From: Patescibacteria group bacterium
GTDB taxonomy: Bacteria > Patescibacteriota > Microgenomatia > Levybacterales > UBA12049
Assembly (NCBI GenBank): GCA_038062115.1
Contig: JBBTXS010000012.1
Span: forward strand, 23,141-87,140
Direction of reading: 5' to 3'
Length of the DNA: 64,000 bases
The position numbers and the translations under genes are program-made. Position 1 is the first letter of the stretch. The number at the start of each line of letters is the position of its first letter. Shown here piece by piece: positions 28,318 through 38,108 of this stretch. Below the pieces are notes generated by a model. The model did not search any database. It was not told the DNA's origin and saw only the letters and a program-made list of their open reading frames with translations.

Positions 28318-29472
28318 ATGTTGTACTTGTATAATTCATTAATGCGGACAAAAGAAAAATTTATTCCGAATGACAACAAAAAAGTTAAAATGTATGTCTG
28401 TGGCATTACGCCTTACGATACAACTCATTTAGGCCATGCGTTTACTTATGTCTCTTTCGATGTGTTAGTAAGATATCTTCAATATAAAGGCTACGAAGTT
28501 ATTTATACCCAAAATGTTACCGACATAGACGATGATATTTTACTAAAAGCCAAACAAGAAGATAGAGATTGGAGGGAATTGGGAGATTTTTGGACAAAAA
28601 AATTTCTTGATGACATGAAATCTCTTAACGTTTTACCTCCCACTCATTTCGTAAAAGCAACTAACTCCATCGCTCTAATGATACGTATCATTAGAATGTT
28701 GATTGATAAAGGAATCGCTTACGAAAAAGATGGGAACGTATATTTTGAGACTAAGAAGTTTAAAAATTATGGAAATTTATCCAAGTTTAATGATAGACAA
28801 ATGAAGATTTTACTTAAGGAACGGGGTGGCAACCCTGACGATCCATTGAAAAAAGACCCATTAGATTTTCTACTTTGGCAAAAAACAAAGCCAGATGAGC
28901 CTTTTTGGGAAAGTCCATGGGAGAAAGGAAGACCGGGATGGCACATTGAATGTTCTTCGATGATAAAAAACTATCTTGGAGACCAAATAGATATTCATGG
29001 TGGAGGCAGAGATCTTATTTTCCCTCATCACGAAAGCGAAATCGCGCAGAGTGAAAGTTTCACAAATAAAAAACCATTTGCAAAATTTTGGGTTCATACG
29101 GCTATGGTTTTGTATCAAGGTGAAAAAATGGCAAAATCGCTTGGAAATTTAGTAATGGTTTCTAATCTATTAAAGTATAATAATGCTAACGAAATTAAAT
29201 GGCTCTTGCTTTCTCATCACTATAGAAAACCATGGGAGTTTGAAAAAGAAGAATTGGAGTTAATAAAGAAAAAACTTTTAATGATTAAAAAAGTCATAAA
29301 AACTAATAAAAATCAGAAAATAAATACTTTGTACGTCAGGAAATTTATAACGATTATGGATAATGACTTAAATACTCCACAAGCTCTAAATTTTATATTA
29401 GATATTGTAAAAAAACCAAACCTATCTCCTACCATTCTAAAATGTTTGTCGATATTAGGTATTGAACTCTAA
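28318..29472 (+). CDS. Cysteine--tRNA ligase-like protein, short MshC-like form
   Basis: YVCGITPYDTTHLGH, ERGGNPDDP, PGWHIECS, HGGGRDLIFPHH, KMAKS. Lacks the C-terminal anticodon domain. Confidence 0.8.
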   Translation: MLYLYNSLMRTKEKFIPNDNKKVKMYVCGITPYDTTHLGHAFTYVSFDVLVRYLQYKGYEVIYTQNVTDIDDDILLKAKQEDRDWRELGDFWTKKFLDDMKSLNVLPPTHFVKATNSIALMIRIIRMLIDKGIAYEKDGNVYFETKKFKNYGNLSKFNDRQMKILLKERGGNPDDPLKKDPLDFLLWQKTKPDEPFWESPWEKGRPGWHIECSSMIKNYLGDQIDIHGGGRDLIFPHHESEIAQSESFTNKKPFAKFWVHTAMVLYQGEKMAKSLGNLVMVSNLLKYNNANEIKWLLLSHHYRKPWEFEKEELELIKKKLLMIKKVIKTNKNQKINTLYVRKFITIMDNDLNTPQALNFILDIVKKPNLSPTILKCLSILGIEL

Positions 29473-29500
29473 GAGTCTGTTTGAAAAGTGTTACACAATC

Positions 29501-29594
29501 TGTCATTGCGATCAGTCAGGCTTAGCCTGACTGAGAAGCAATCTCTCATCAATGGGATTGCCACGTCGCTCGTTCCTCGCTCCTCGCAATGACA
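29501..29594. repeat. TGTCATTGCG...CGCAATGACA palindromic repeat
   Basis: 10-bp terminal inverted repeat with nested hairpins. Confidence 0.9.
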
Positions 29595-29628
29595 CAACTG
29601 ATCTGAAGCAAAATGGTATACTGTATTG

Positions 29629-30792
29629 ATGAAATCAATTTTCAAAATATTAATTTTATTTCTTGTGTATTTATTTCTGTTTCAACTTGTACCTAGTGTA
29701 TATTCGGTAGATCCACTGTCTTTCCCAAATAACAAATTTGGCGTCCATATCCTATTTTCTTCAGAAATCGGTGACGCCGCCAAATTAGTAAACTCAAGTG
29801 GCGGCGATTGGGGATACGTTACTATTCCGATTCAAGCTGGAGATAAAAACCTTGTAAAATGGCAAAAATTTATGGATAAAGCCCGCGAATTGCATGTGAT
29901 TCCTATTATCCGCATTGCAACAGAGGGCGATTTTTTTAATAAAAAAGTTTGGAGAAAACCGATAGATGAAGACATTATAGATTTTGCCAATTTTCTTAAT
30001 TCTTTAGACTGGCCTACAAAAAACCGCTATGTTGTAATTTTAAATGAGGTCAATAGGTCGGATGAATGGGGGCAAGACCCAAATCCGAAAGCCTACGCTG
30101 AAATCTTGCAATATGCGCTAGCGGTTTTTAAGTCAAAACACAGCGATTTCTTTATAATTTCGGCAGGCTTGGACAATGCTGCGGCTAATATTTCAAAAGA
30201 ATCTATGGATGAGTACAAGTTTATGACGGAAATGAATAATGCAGTGCCTGGCATATTCAATCAAATTGACGGATTAGGAAGTCATTCTTACCCTAATCCA
30301 GCATTTCTACAGCCTCCATCGGTAGATACTCCCAAAAGTATTAGTAGCTTTAAATACGAAAAAGATTTAGCAGAGAAATTATCTAACAAAAGCCTGCCAG
30401 TCTTTATAACAGAAACTGGTTGGTCATTAGATATGGTAAATGAATCTAAAATGGCATCGTATTACGAAGAAGCATTTAAAACTGTTTGGAATGACGAAAA
30501 CATCGTGGCTGTAACACCCTTTTTGCTTAAGGCTGGAACAGGACCTTTTTCTCAATTTTCGTTAATAAATATCCATGGTGCCCCAACTTTAGGCTATAAG
30601 GCTTTAGAAAAAATTCAAAAAGTGAAAGGCAATCCTAAACTTCCTGATGATTATATAAAAATTGGCATAGATAACCCTCAAAGCAATTTGATTCCAAAAA
30701 AAGATTTTCTAGATGATCCAACAAGCAAAAAAGATAGTTTCATACAGCTTGATACTGTAAAAACCATCCTAAAATGGCTCATAAAATCTTAA
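29629..30792 (+). CDS. Secreted glycoside-hydrolase-like (clan GH-A) protein
   Basis: Signal peptide, NE motif (LNEVN), HSYP, VFITETGW. Confidence 0.7.
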   Translation: MKSIFKILILFLVYLFLFQLVPSVYSVDPLSFPNNKFGVHILFSSEIGDAAKLVNSSGGDWGYVTIPIQAGDKNLVKWQKFMDKARELHVIPIIRIATEGDFFNKKVWRKPIDEDIIDFANFLNSLDWPTKNRYVVILNEVNRSDEWGQDPNPKAYAEILQYALAVFKSKHSDFFIISAGLDNAAANISKESMDEYKFMTEMNNAVPGIFNQIDGLGSHSYPNPAFLQPPSVDTPKSISSFKYEKDLAEKLSNKSLPVFITETGWSLDMVNESKMASYYEEAFKTVWNDENIVAVTPFLLKAGTGPFSQFSLINIHGAPTLGYKALEKIQKVKGNPKLPDDYIKIGIDNPQSNLIPKKDFLDDPTSKKDSFIQLDTVKTILKWLIKS

Positions 30793-30831
30793 AATATGAT
30801 ATAATACACGCAGTTTTTACTCCTCAAACTT

Positions 30832-31356
30832 ATGGATAGAGAAGATTATGCTTGGAACGATAAGCTCGAAAGTATTACTCATGGTAGCGTAAAGATCTAC
30901 GAGGCAATAAAGATTATAAAAATGTTTTTGGACGAAGATCCTTCTGCTGACTATAGTTTGGTTATTGGTACAGATTCTCATGAGAAAAATACCGCCAAAA
31001 ATAAAACTAAAGTTATTAGTCTTGTAACTGCTATTCTAGTACACAGACGTGGATTTGGGGGAAAATATTTTTGGAAAAGAAAAGAAGTTGAAAATATCCA
31101 TACACTTCGCGAAAAAATCTATGTTGAAACAATGAGTTCTATAAACTTTGCGTCTAAATTTGTGCCTTTACTTAAAAAAACTTTAAACGGAAGGACTCCT
31201 AAATACAACTTAGAGATTCATATTGATGTTGGCGAACACGGCGACACACGTGATATGATAAAAGAAGTGGTTGGAATGGTAACTGGAAATGGCTATGTTG
31301 CTAAAACAAAACCAGAGGCATACGGAGCAACGTATATTGCCGACAAGCACACGTAA
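30832..31356 (+). CDS. RNase H-like YkuK family protein
   Basis: VIGTDS, LEIHIDVG, KPEAYGA..ADKH. Confidence 0.88.
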   Translation: MDREDYAWNDKLESITHGSVKIYEAIKIIKMFLDEDPSADYSLVIGTDSHEKNTAKNKTKVISLVTAILVHRRGFGGKYFWKRKEVENIHTLREKIYVETMSSINFASKFVPLLKKTLNGRTPKYNLEIHIDVGEHGDTRDMIKEVVGMVTGNGYVAKTKPEAYGATYIADKHT

Positions 31357-31365
31357 AAAACCAAG

Positions 31366-31797
31366 ATGCCAAAACTCAAAAGTCATGACCCTGAGCGAAG
31401 TCGAACGGGTCAAAAGTTAGAATGGCAGGAAGCAAAAGAGGTAAAAAAAAATATAGAAAATATTCTTAAGGTTTTAAATTTGCCTCACATCGATTCTTCT
31501 AGAATTTTTTGTTTTAGAACCAAAGGATCAAAATCAAGATCATATGCACGCATTTGGTCTATGCCAAAAATCTTTCAGACAGTTCTTAATGTAAAACCAG
31601 CTTATGTAATAGAAGTGATAGCCCGGCATTTTGATAGATTAGATACAGACGGAAAGAAAAAAGTATTAATTCACGAACTTTTGCATATTCCTAAAAATTT
31701 TTCTGGAGCGCTCTTACCTCACCGTAGTCGCAATCGGCATCTTGGAGCATTGGTGAATAGATTGTTTAAAGAATATAAGAAAATTTCTAATTCCTAA
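31366..31797 (+). CDS. Putative metallopeptidase
   Basis: ARIW, YVIEVI, LIHELLHIP. Confidence 0.8.
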   Translation: MPKLKSHDPERSRTGQKLEWQEAKEVKKNIENILKVLNLPHIDSSRIFCFRTKGSKSRSYARIWSMPKIFQTVLNVKPAYVIEVIARHFDRLDTDGKKKVLIHELLHIPKNFSGALLPHRSRNRHLGALVNRLFKEYKKISNS

Positions 31798-31912
31798 TTA
31801 ACCTAATTTCTAAATAAATCCCAAAAACTAAGTTCCAATTGGGTTATTTAGACATTTAGGAATTGATTAGGTCAATTAGAAATTAGTAATTAGAAATTTA
31901 TATGATTACTAT
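31775..31912 (+). repeat. 138-bp direct repeat, copy 1 (target duplication)
   Basis: Identical to 32114-32251; built from inverted heptamer runs. Confidence 0.95.
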
Positions 31913-32113
31913 CCTGAGTTTCCCATTTTCGAGTAGCAAAATTAAAAAGCTTGATTTGACAATCTTTTTTTGAAAAAATTTAGTGCGAAACCGCACTACC
32001 GAAAGATTTCAAAGACAAAAGCTAATAGAAGAAATGCTATGGTTTCTAGCAGACTTTCGAGCCTAGAAATGGTTTTTTGCTAAAATTAAACCGCACTAAT
32101 TGGGAAACTCAGG
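31913..32113. mobile_element. 201-bp MITE with CCTGAGTTTCCCA TIRs (IS1634-like)
   Basis: Perfect 13-bp TIRs directly abutting the 138-bp direct repeats. Confidence 0.88.
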
Positions 32114-32251
32114 ATAAGAAAATTTCTAATTCCTAATTAACCTAATTTCTAAATAAATCCCAAAAACTAAGTTCCAATTGGGTTATTTAGACATTTAGGA
32201 ATTGATTAGGTCAATTAGAAATTAGTAATTAGAAATTTATATGATTACTAT
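32114..32251 (+). repeat. 138-bp direct repeat, copy 2
   Basis: Identical to 31775-31912; includes the holA start codon. Confidence 0.95.
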
Positions 32252-32936
32252 TATTCATGGAGAAGACATTGTAAATTCAAGAAAATTTTTTATTGACGAG
32301 CGGAAAAGATCATCGTATCCAATAACGTTTTTGAGCGATAATCTTAATCTAACAGATCTTACTCAAACACTTGAGGGCGGCAGTTTGTTTGACATTAAAG
32401 ATAAAGAAATATTTATCGAAGATTTTTTTTCAAAAAAACGAAGTCAAGAATTTGATAGCATTATTTCTTATTTGCAAAAACATGGTAAAAATGTAAATAT
32501 AAAAATTTGGGAATCAAGAGAGGTGTCTAAAAAACAATTAAATAATCTTAAAAATACTACAATCAAGCTGTTTAGTCTCCCTAAACCCCTTTTTTTATTT
32601 TTGAATAAACTCGCGCCTCATAACAGTAAAAGACTGATCTATCTCTTCCATAAAACACTAGAAAGCATAGAGGCTGAATTAGTATTTTATATGATGATTC
32701 GCCAATTTAGATTATTATTGGCTATTTTTGGGGAATCCCAGAATAATCAAATAGACGAAATAAAAAATATACAGCCATGGCAAAAAGCAAGGCTTAAGAA
32801 ACAAGTAAGTTTTTTTTCGGAAACTCATCTTAAAAATATATACAATAAAATTTGTACTATAGAAATTTCGCAAAAGACTGGTAGTAGTATTTTGTCTCTC
32901 CCTCAAGCCATTGACTTTTTATTGCTCTCTATCTAA
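32241..32936 (+). CDS. holA: DNA polymerase III delta subunit-like (short)
   Basis: IIHGED, GGSLF, MMIRQFRLLL, PWQ..RL, EI.QKTG. Confidence 0.75.
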   Translation: MITIIHGEDIVNSRKFFIDERKRSSYPITFLSDNLNLTDLTQTLEGGSLFDIKDKEIFIEDFFSKKRSQEFDSIISYLQKHGKNVNIKIWESREVSKKQLNNLKNTTIKLFSLPKPLFLFLNKLAPHNSKRLIYLFHKTLESIEAELVFYMMIRQFRLLLAIFGESQNNQIDEIKNIQPWQKARLKKQVSFFSETHLKNIYNKICTIEISQKTGSSILSLPQAIDFLLLSI

Positions 32937-32979
32937 GATAATATAAATCCAGCATCTTAGAAAAGGTGCTGGATAAAAT

Positions 32980-34374
32980 ATGCCACTTTTAAAAAAGACC
33001 ATGTTTCGCGAGTACGACATTCGAGGCATAGAAACTCGCGATGAGCTTAACGACTCAAGCATGTATTTTATTGGACGCGGTTTTGGCACATATCTGAGAC
33101 ATCTTAATATTACAAAGGCTGTTGTTGGTTGCGACGCAAGGGCTACGTCTGAAAGCTTTAAAAACAGTGCGATTAAAGGCATAAGAGAATCTGGGATAAA
33201 TGTTATAGACATTGGAACTGTTACAACCCCAATGAGTTATTGGGCTCAGTACTTTCTTAAAGTTAAAGGGCTTGTTTGTGTTACTGCTAGTCACAATCCA
33301 TCTGGATGGAATGGAGTAAAACTTGGTACAAATTTTTCATCAACCCTTCTTACACAAGAATTGCAAGATCTATATAGTATAATAGCAAAAGAAGAATTTT
33401 TAAGTGGTCAAGGTAACATACAAAAAAAAGATATTGCGGATGTATACATAAAAGACTTAATTTCAAAAGCAACAATTACTAAAAAATTTAAGATTTTAGT
33501 TAATACTGGCAATGGGACAGCGGGTTTGTATATTCCCAAACTATTAAAGTTGGCAGGTTGCGAAGTAGTAGAACATTTTACAAATATAGACCCAACTTAC
33601 CCTAACTATACTCCAAACCCCGATGGTATAGCTATGATGGAAGATACAGGATTGCAAACTGTTAAAAACAATTGCGATTTGGGTTTTGCATATGATGGAG
33701 ATGGAGACAGGCTTGGTTTGGTAGATGAAAATGGAAATATTATTTGGCCAGATCGGTACATTATTTTACTTTCAAGACTTGTGCTTTCAAAACATAAGGG
33801 TGCTAAAATTGTTTTTGATGTAAAAGTGTCCGAAGCAGTTCCCGAAGACATAAAAGCTCATGGAGGAATCCCAATCATGTGGAAAACAGGCCATTCATAC
33901 ATTAAATCAAAATTAGCCAAAGAAAAGGCTGCCATGGCAGGAGAGATGAGCGGACATATTTTTTTTGTGGATGATTTTTATGGTTTTGACGATGCTTTTT
34001 TTGCTGGCCTAAAGCTTTTGGAATATCTTTCTACCCAAAATAAACCATTGTCCCAAATAATAGCAACAACTCCTTACTATGTTTCAACACCAACCATTCA
34101 GGTTAAAACAACTGATGAGGAAAAATATAAAGTCGTTGAGTCTTTAACAGACGAATTCAAAAAAGAAGGTTATAAAATTATCGATATTAATGGAGCAAGG
34201 GTTTATATGGAGGGTGGATGGGGTTTGGTTAGAGCATCCTCTAATACCCCAACGCTTGTTCTACGGTTTGAAGCAAAAACTCAAAATGATTTAGATAAAA
34301 TTAAATCTGTCTTTAGGGAAAAATTAGAAAAATTTGACGTTGTTAATAAAGATTGGGATATGAGCGGTAGATAA
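32980..34374 (+). CDS. Phosphomannomutase/phosphoglucomutase
   Basis: FREYDIRG, TASHNP, DGDGDR, GEMSGH, RASSNTP. Confidence 0.95.
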   Translation: MPLLKKTMFREYDIRGIETRDELNDSSMYFIGRGFGTYLRHLNITKAVVGCDARATSESFKNSAIKGIRESGINVIDIGTVTTPMSYWAQYFLKVKGLVCVTASHNPSGWNGVKLGTNFSSTLLTQELQDLYSIIAKEEFLSGQGNIQKKDIADVYIKDLISKATITKKFKILVNTGNGTAGLYIPKLLKLAGCEVVEHFTNIDPTYPNYTPNPDGIAMMEDTGLQTVKNNCDLGFAYDGDGDRLGLVDENGNIIWPDRYIILLSRLVLSKHKGAKIVFDVKVSEAVPEDIKAHGGIPIMWKTGHSYIKSKLAKEKAAMAGEMSGHIFFVDDFYGFDDAFFAGLKLLEYLSTQNKPLSQIIATTPYYVSTPTIQVKTTDEEKYKVVESLTDEFKKEGYKIIDINGARVYMEGGWGLVRASSNTPTLVLRFEAKTQNDLDKIKSVFREKLEKFDVVNKDWDMSGR

Positions 34375-34378
34375 AAAT

Positions 34379-34816
34379 ATGTTTGACTTAAATCGATTCG
34401 ATAAATCTAAATTCACCAATAAGCCACACGAGAAAAAAATTGAAAAGCCTTGGGGATACGAAATTCTTCTTACTCCTCCAAATTTACCATACACTGCTAA
34501 GATAGTACATGTAAATTTAGGTCATAGACTTAGTCTTCAGGTGCATGACGCAAAACAAGAAACTATGACTTTGGTCTCTGGAGGGGCAAACCTTCTTATT
34601 GATGGCAAGGATGGAGAAATTAAAAAAATCCAAATGCAGCTTCGTAAAGGCTATACAGTTCGAGTTGGACAAAGACATAGGGTTCAAGCAGTAACCGATT
34701 GTGAAATCCTCGAGGCATCAACGCCAGAAATTGGTACAACTTATCGGTTAGAAGATGATTATTCTAGGGGAGATGAAACAGAAGAGATAAGAAAAGAAGA
34801 AAGAAGCAAAATGTAA
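34379..34816 (+). CDS. Cupin, mannose-6-phosphate isomerase type II-like
   Basis: KPWGYE, RLSLQVH..KQE, HR, RLEDDY.R. Confidence 0.85.
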   Translation: MFDLNRFDKSKFTNKPHEKKIEKPWGYEILLTPPNLPYTAKIVHVNLGHRLSLQVHDAKQETMTLVSGGANLLIDGKDGEIKKIQMQLRKGYTVRVGQRHRVQAVTDCEILEASTPEIGTTYRLEDDYSRGDETEEIRKEERSKM

Positions 34817-34817
34817 A

Positions 34818-36185
34818 ATGAGAATCGCAAGTTATATTACTTGGTTTTCCGAAGTAGACAAAGAAGATGTTGCTCTTGTTGGAGGCAAAGGAGCAGCTCT
34901 TGGCGAGGCAACAAGAGCGGGTTTTTCTGTTCCTAACGGCTTTATTGTTACGTCATATGCATATTATGATTTTATTTTAGAAAATAACCTTGCTGCCAAA
35001 ATTAAGCATTTGTTAAAGACTGTTGACTTTTTTAATCCAGACTCTTTAGAACACGTATCTTTGGATATTAGAAAAGAGATAATTAAATCAAAAATATCGC
35101 AAGAACTTGCTTACCAAGTGAATAGGGCGTATAGAAGATTAAGCGGTACATTGTCTGATGCTCTTGTTGCAGTAAGGTCATCCTCAACTATCAAAGATCA
35201 GGCTTATGCTCCATTTGCTGGACAACTTGGTACTTTTCTAAATGTCAAAGGAGATGCAAGCGTTATTTTAAAAATAAAAGAAGTCTGGGCTTCTCTTTTT
35301 AGTGGTCGTGCAATTTTTTATAGACACGAAAACAAATTAGATCACTTAAGAATAGGTGTTGCTGTACCAGTTCAAAAAATGATTGAGTCGGAAAAATCTG
35401 GAGTTATGTTTACAATAGATCCTGTTACAGGAGATAAAACAACAATTGTTATTGAAGCTATATATGGGTTAGGTGAGTTAATCGCACAAGGAGAGGTTAC
35501 GCGAGACCATTACAAAGTTAACAAAATTAAAGATTTAATAATAGAGAAAAATATAGTAAGCCAAAAATTTTATCTAAAAAAAGTAGGGATCAAGAATAAA
35601 ATAATTAAGGTAGCAAGTGTAAAGGCAGAAAAACAAAAAATTTCAAACGATAAGATTTTGGAACTTGCAAGAATTGGTAAAAAGTTAGAAAAACACTACT
35701 ATTTTCCACAAGATGTAGAATGGGCAATAGAAAAAGGAAAGATCTATATTATTAAGATACGGCCGGTGACAACAGTTAAAAGTGCAAGGTTCAACCCAAC
35801 GACAAAGCTTGGGGCAAGAGTTCAGGGTGTCAGTAAGCACGAAGTATTGGTCGGTGGATACGCGGCATCTCCCGGAATTGCCTCGGGTTATACAAAAGTT
35901 ATTAAAAATCTGAAAGAAATAAATAGAGTAAGTATTGGCGATGTACTAGTTGTAGATCAAACAAACACAGATTATGTTGCTGCAATGAAGAAAGCGATTG
36001 CTATTGTTACAGAAAGAGGAGGAAGAGTCTCGCATGCCGCAATAGCTGCTCGCGAACTTGGAATCCCAGCAATAGTTGGGGCAGAATTTGCAACAAAAAT
36101 ACTAAAAACTGGAATTGTAATAACAGTAAATGGAACAAAAGGGCAAGTTTATAAAGGCGGTTACTTACAAAATATCACAGTTTAA
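34818..36185 (+). CDS. PEP synthase-like protein lacking the C-terminal pyruvate/PEP barrel
   Basis: VGGKGA.LGE, VAVRSS, FAGQ, QDVEWA, GGRVSHAAIAARELGIPA; 455 aa. Confidence 0.85.
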   Translation: MRIASYITWFSEVDKEDVALVGGKGAALGEATRAGFSVPNGFIVTSYAYYDFILENNLAAKIKHLLKTVDFFNPDSLEHVSLDIRKEIIKSKISQELAYQVNRAYRRLSGTLSDALVAVRSSSTIKDQAYAPFAGQLGTFLNVKGDASVILKIKEVWASLFSGRAIFYRHENKLDHLRIGVAVPVQKMIESEKSGVMFTIDPVTGDKTTIVIEAIYGLGELIAQGEVTRDHYKVNKIKDLIIEKNIVSQKFYLKKVGIKNKIIKVASVKAEKQKISNDKILELARIGKKLEKHYYFPQDVEWAIEKGKIYIIKIRPVTTVKSARFNPTTKLGARVQGVSKHEVLVGGYAASPGIASGYTKVIKNLKEINRVSIGDVLVVDQTNTDYVAAMKKAIAIVTERGGRVSHAAIAARELGIPAIVGAEFATKILKTGIVITVNGTKGQVYKGGYLQNITV

Positions 36186-36189
36186 TTTT

Positions 36190-37449
36190 ATGGCAAAAAT
36201 AAAACAAGTAAAAGCTCGCGAAATATTAAACTCAAAGGGAGTCCCAACTGTTGAAACAAGTGTAATTTTAAGCGATGGGAGCGTTGGAACGTCTTCTTAT
36301 CCAATAGGAACATCCGTTGGCTCCTATGAGGCTTGGCAACTTAAAGACAGCGAGCAGAAACGTTATCAAGGCCAAGGAGTACAAAAGGCTATTCAAAACA
36401 TAGAATCTCAAATCGCACCAAACATTGTCGGACTAGAGGCCGATAGACAACAAGAGATCGACAAAATAATGATCGACCTTGACGGTACCCAAAATAAAGG
36501 TCGTTTTGGAGTAAATGCGATTTTGTCTGTTTCTATGAGTGTAGCGAAAGCCGCATCCACAAGTTCTGTTTTGCCTCTTTTTCTTTATCTTAGAGAATTT
36601 ATAAAAAAAGAAAATTTGTTACTCAAAATCCCAACTCCAGCTTTTAATCTACTAAATGGGGGTAAACACGCTAGGGGAACTTTGAATTTTCAGGAATTTC
36701 TTGTAATTCCAGCTTCTTCAAAGACGTACAGCGAATCTTTAGAGATTGGCGTGTCTATTTATAGAGCCTTAGGAAAAACATTAGAGTTTAAAAGTCTCTC
36801 TACTCTTACTGGAGATGAAGGAGGGTATTCTCCCAGTGTTGCTAACAATATAGATGCTTTTTCTCTTTTAAGAGAAAGTATAGAAAGAACTTCAATTCAA
36901 CTAGAATTTGATGTTTTTTTTGGACTAGATAGCTCCGCTTCAAATTTTTTTAGCGATAAAAAATATTATATTAAAGATAAACCAGCAGGTCTATCGTCAA
37001 ATGAGCTTATGTCTTACTACGAAGAGTTAAACAGAAACCATCACCTTTTATATATAGAAGATCCTCTAGCAGAAGATGATTGGGGTGCATGGTCAGATCT
37101 TTGTTCTCGGATGTCGCAAACAACAATCATTGCCGGGGGTGATTTGGTTGCAACAAATCCTTATAGACTTCAAATTGCTCTAAACAAAAAAGCAATAACT
37201 GCAATTGTTATTAAGCCTAGCCAAATAGGCACTGTTATAGAGGCTTTGGCTGTTGTTGAAATAGCAAGGCAATCAGGCCTTAAGATAATTGTTTCCAATA
37301 GAGGGGGTGAAACAAACGACAATTTTATCGCAGACTTTGCAGTTGCTGTGTCGGCTGATTATGTTAAGTTTGGAGCACCAGCCCGTGGAGAAAGAGTCGA
37401 AAAATACAATAGGCTTTTACAAATAGAAGATGAGATAAATGCTTTATAA
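36190..37449 (+). CDS. eno: Enolase with divergent active-site motifs
   Basis: AREILNSKG.PTVE, NGGKH, FQEF, GDEGG, IEDP, ERVEKYNRLL. Confidence 0.92.
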   Translation: MAKIKQVKAREILNSKGVPTVETSVILSDGSVGTSSYPIGTSVGSYEAWQLKDSEQKRYQGQGVQKAIQNIESQIAPNIVGLEADRQQEIDKIMIDLDGTQNKGRFGVNAILSVSMSVAKAASTSSVLPLFLYLREFIKKENLLLKIPTPAFNLLNGGKHARGTLNFQEFLVIPASSKTYSESLEIGVSIYRALGKTLEFKSLSTLTGDEGGYSPSVANNIDAFSLLRESIERTSIQLEFDVFFGLDSSASNFFSDKKYYIKDKPAGLSSNELMSYYEELNRNHHLLYIEDPLAEDDWGAWSDLCSRMSQTTIIAGGDLVATNPYRLQIALNKKAITAIVIKPSQIGTVIEALAVVEIARQSGLKIIVSNRGGETNDNFIADFAVAVSADYVKFGAPARGERVEKYNRLLQIEDEINAL

Positions 37450-37454
37450 AAATA

Positions 37455-38108
37455 ATGGCAAATTTAATTTTAGTTAGACACACAGAATCTGTGTGGAATA
37501 AAAAAGGGATTTGGACAGGATTAACAGACATACCTCTAAGTAAAAAAGGTAGAAAAGAAGCAAAAGACGTTGCAAATTTACTTAAGAACATGAAGCTAGA
37601 TATTGCTTATACTTCGGTTTTAAGTCGCGCAACAGAGACTCTTGGTATTATAAAAAATGTTTTGCATCTCGATTCTATCCTAATCGTAGGAAATAAAGCT
37701 TTAAATGAACGGGATTACGGAGAACTTACTGGTAAAAATAAATGGGAAATCAAAAAATTATACGGAGAACAAAAATTTCTTAACATAAGAAGAGGTTGGG
37801 ATTATCCAATTCCAAATGGCGAGACGTTAAAAGATGTTTATGAGCGAGTAATTCCCTATTATAAACGTGAAATTTTGCCAAAATTAAAGATGGGCAAAAA
37901 CGTTATTATTGTTGCACACGGAAATTCTTTAAGAGCTCTTGTTAAATATCTCGAAAATATTTCAGACGAAGATATTTCTAAAATAGAGATTGCAACTGGA
38001 GAAATTTATATATATAAGCTCGATAAAAAGGCCAACATTACCTCAAAGCAAATAAAAATTTATAAGCCTAACTTTCCAAATGAAACAAAACTACAAATTC
38101 ACCTTTAG
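37455..38108 (+). CDS. gpmA: 2,3-BPG-dependent phosphoglycerate mutase
   Basis: LVRH.ES.WN, LNERDYG, AHGNSLRAL. Confidence 0.92.
   Translation: MANLILVRHTESVWNKKGIWTGLTDIPLSKKGRKEAKDVANLLKNMKLDIAYTSVLSRATETLGIIKNVLHLDSILIVGNKALNERDYGELTGKNKWEIKKLYGEQKFLNIRRGWDYPIPNGETLKDVYERVIPYYKREILPKLKMGKNVIIVAHGNSLRALVKYLENISDEDISKIEIATGEIYIYKLDKKANITSKQIKIYKPNFPNETKLQIHL

Noticed and set aside
29471-29488. TAAGAGTCTGTTTGAAAA as an IS-like end enclosing the 29501 palindrome
   Set aside because: No matching inverted partner or target duplication was found.
31775-32251. CRISPR array
   Set aside because: Only two 138-bp repeats around a TIR-bounded element. No repeat-spacer periodicity or cas genes in the window.
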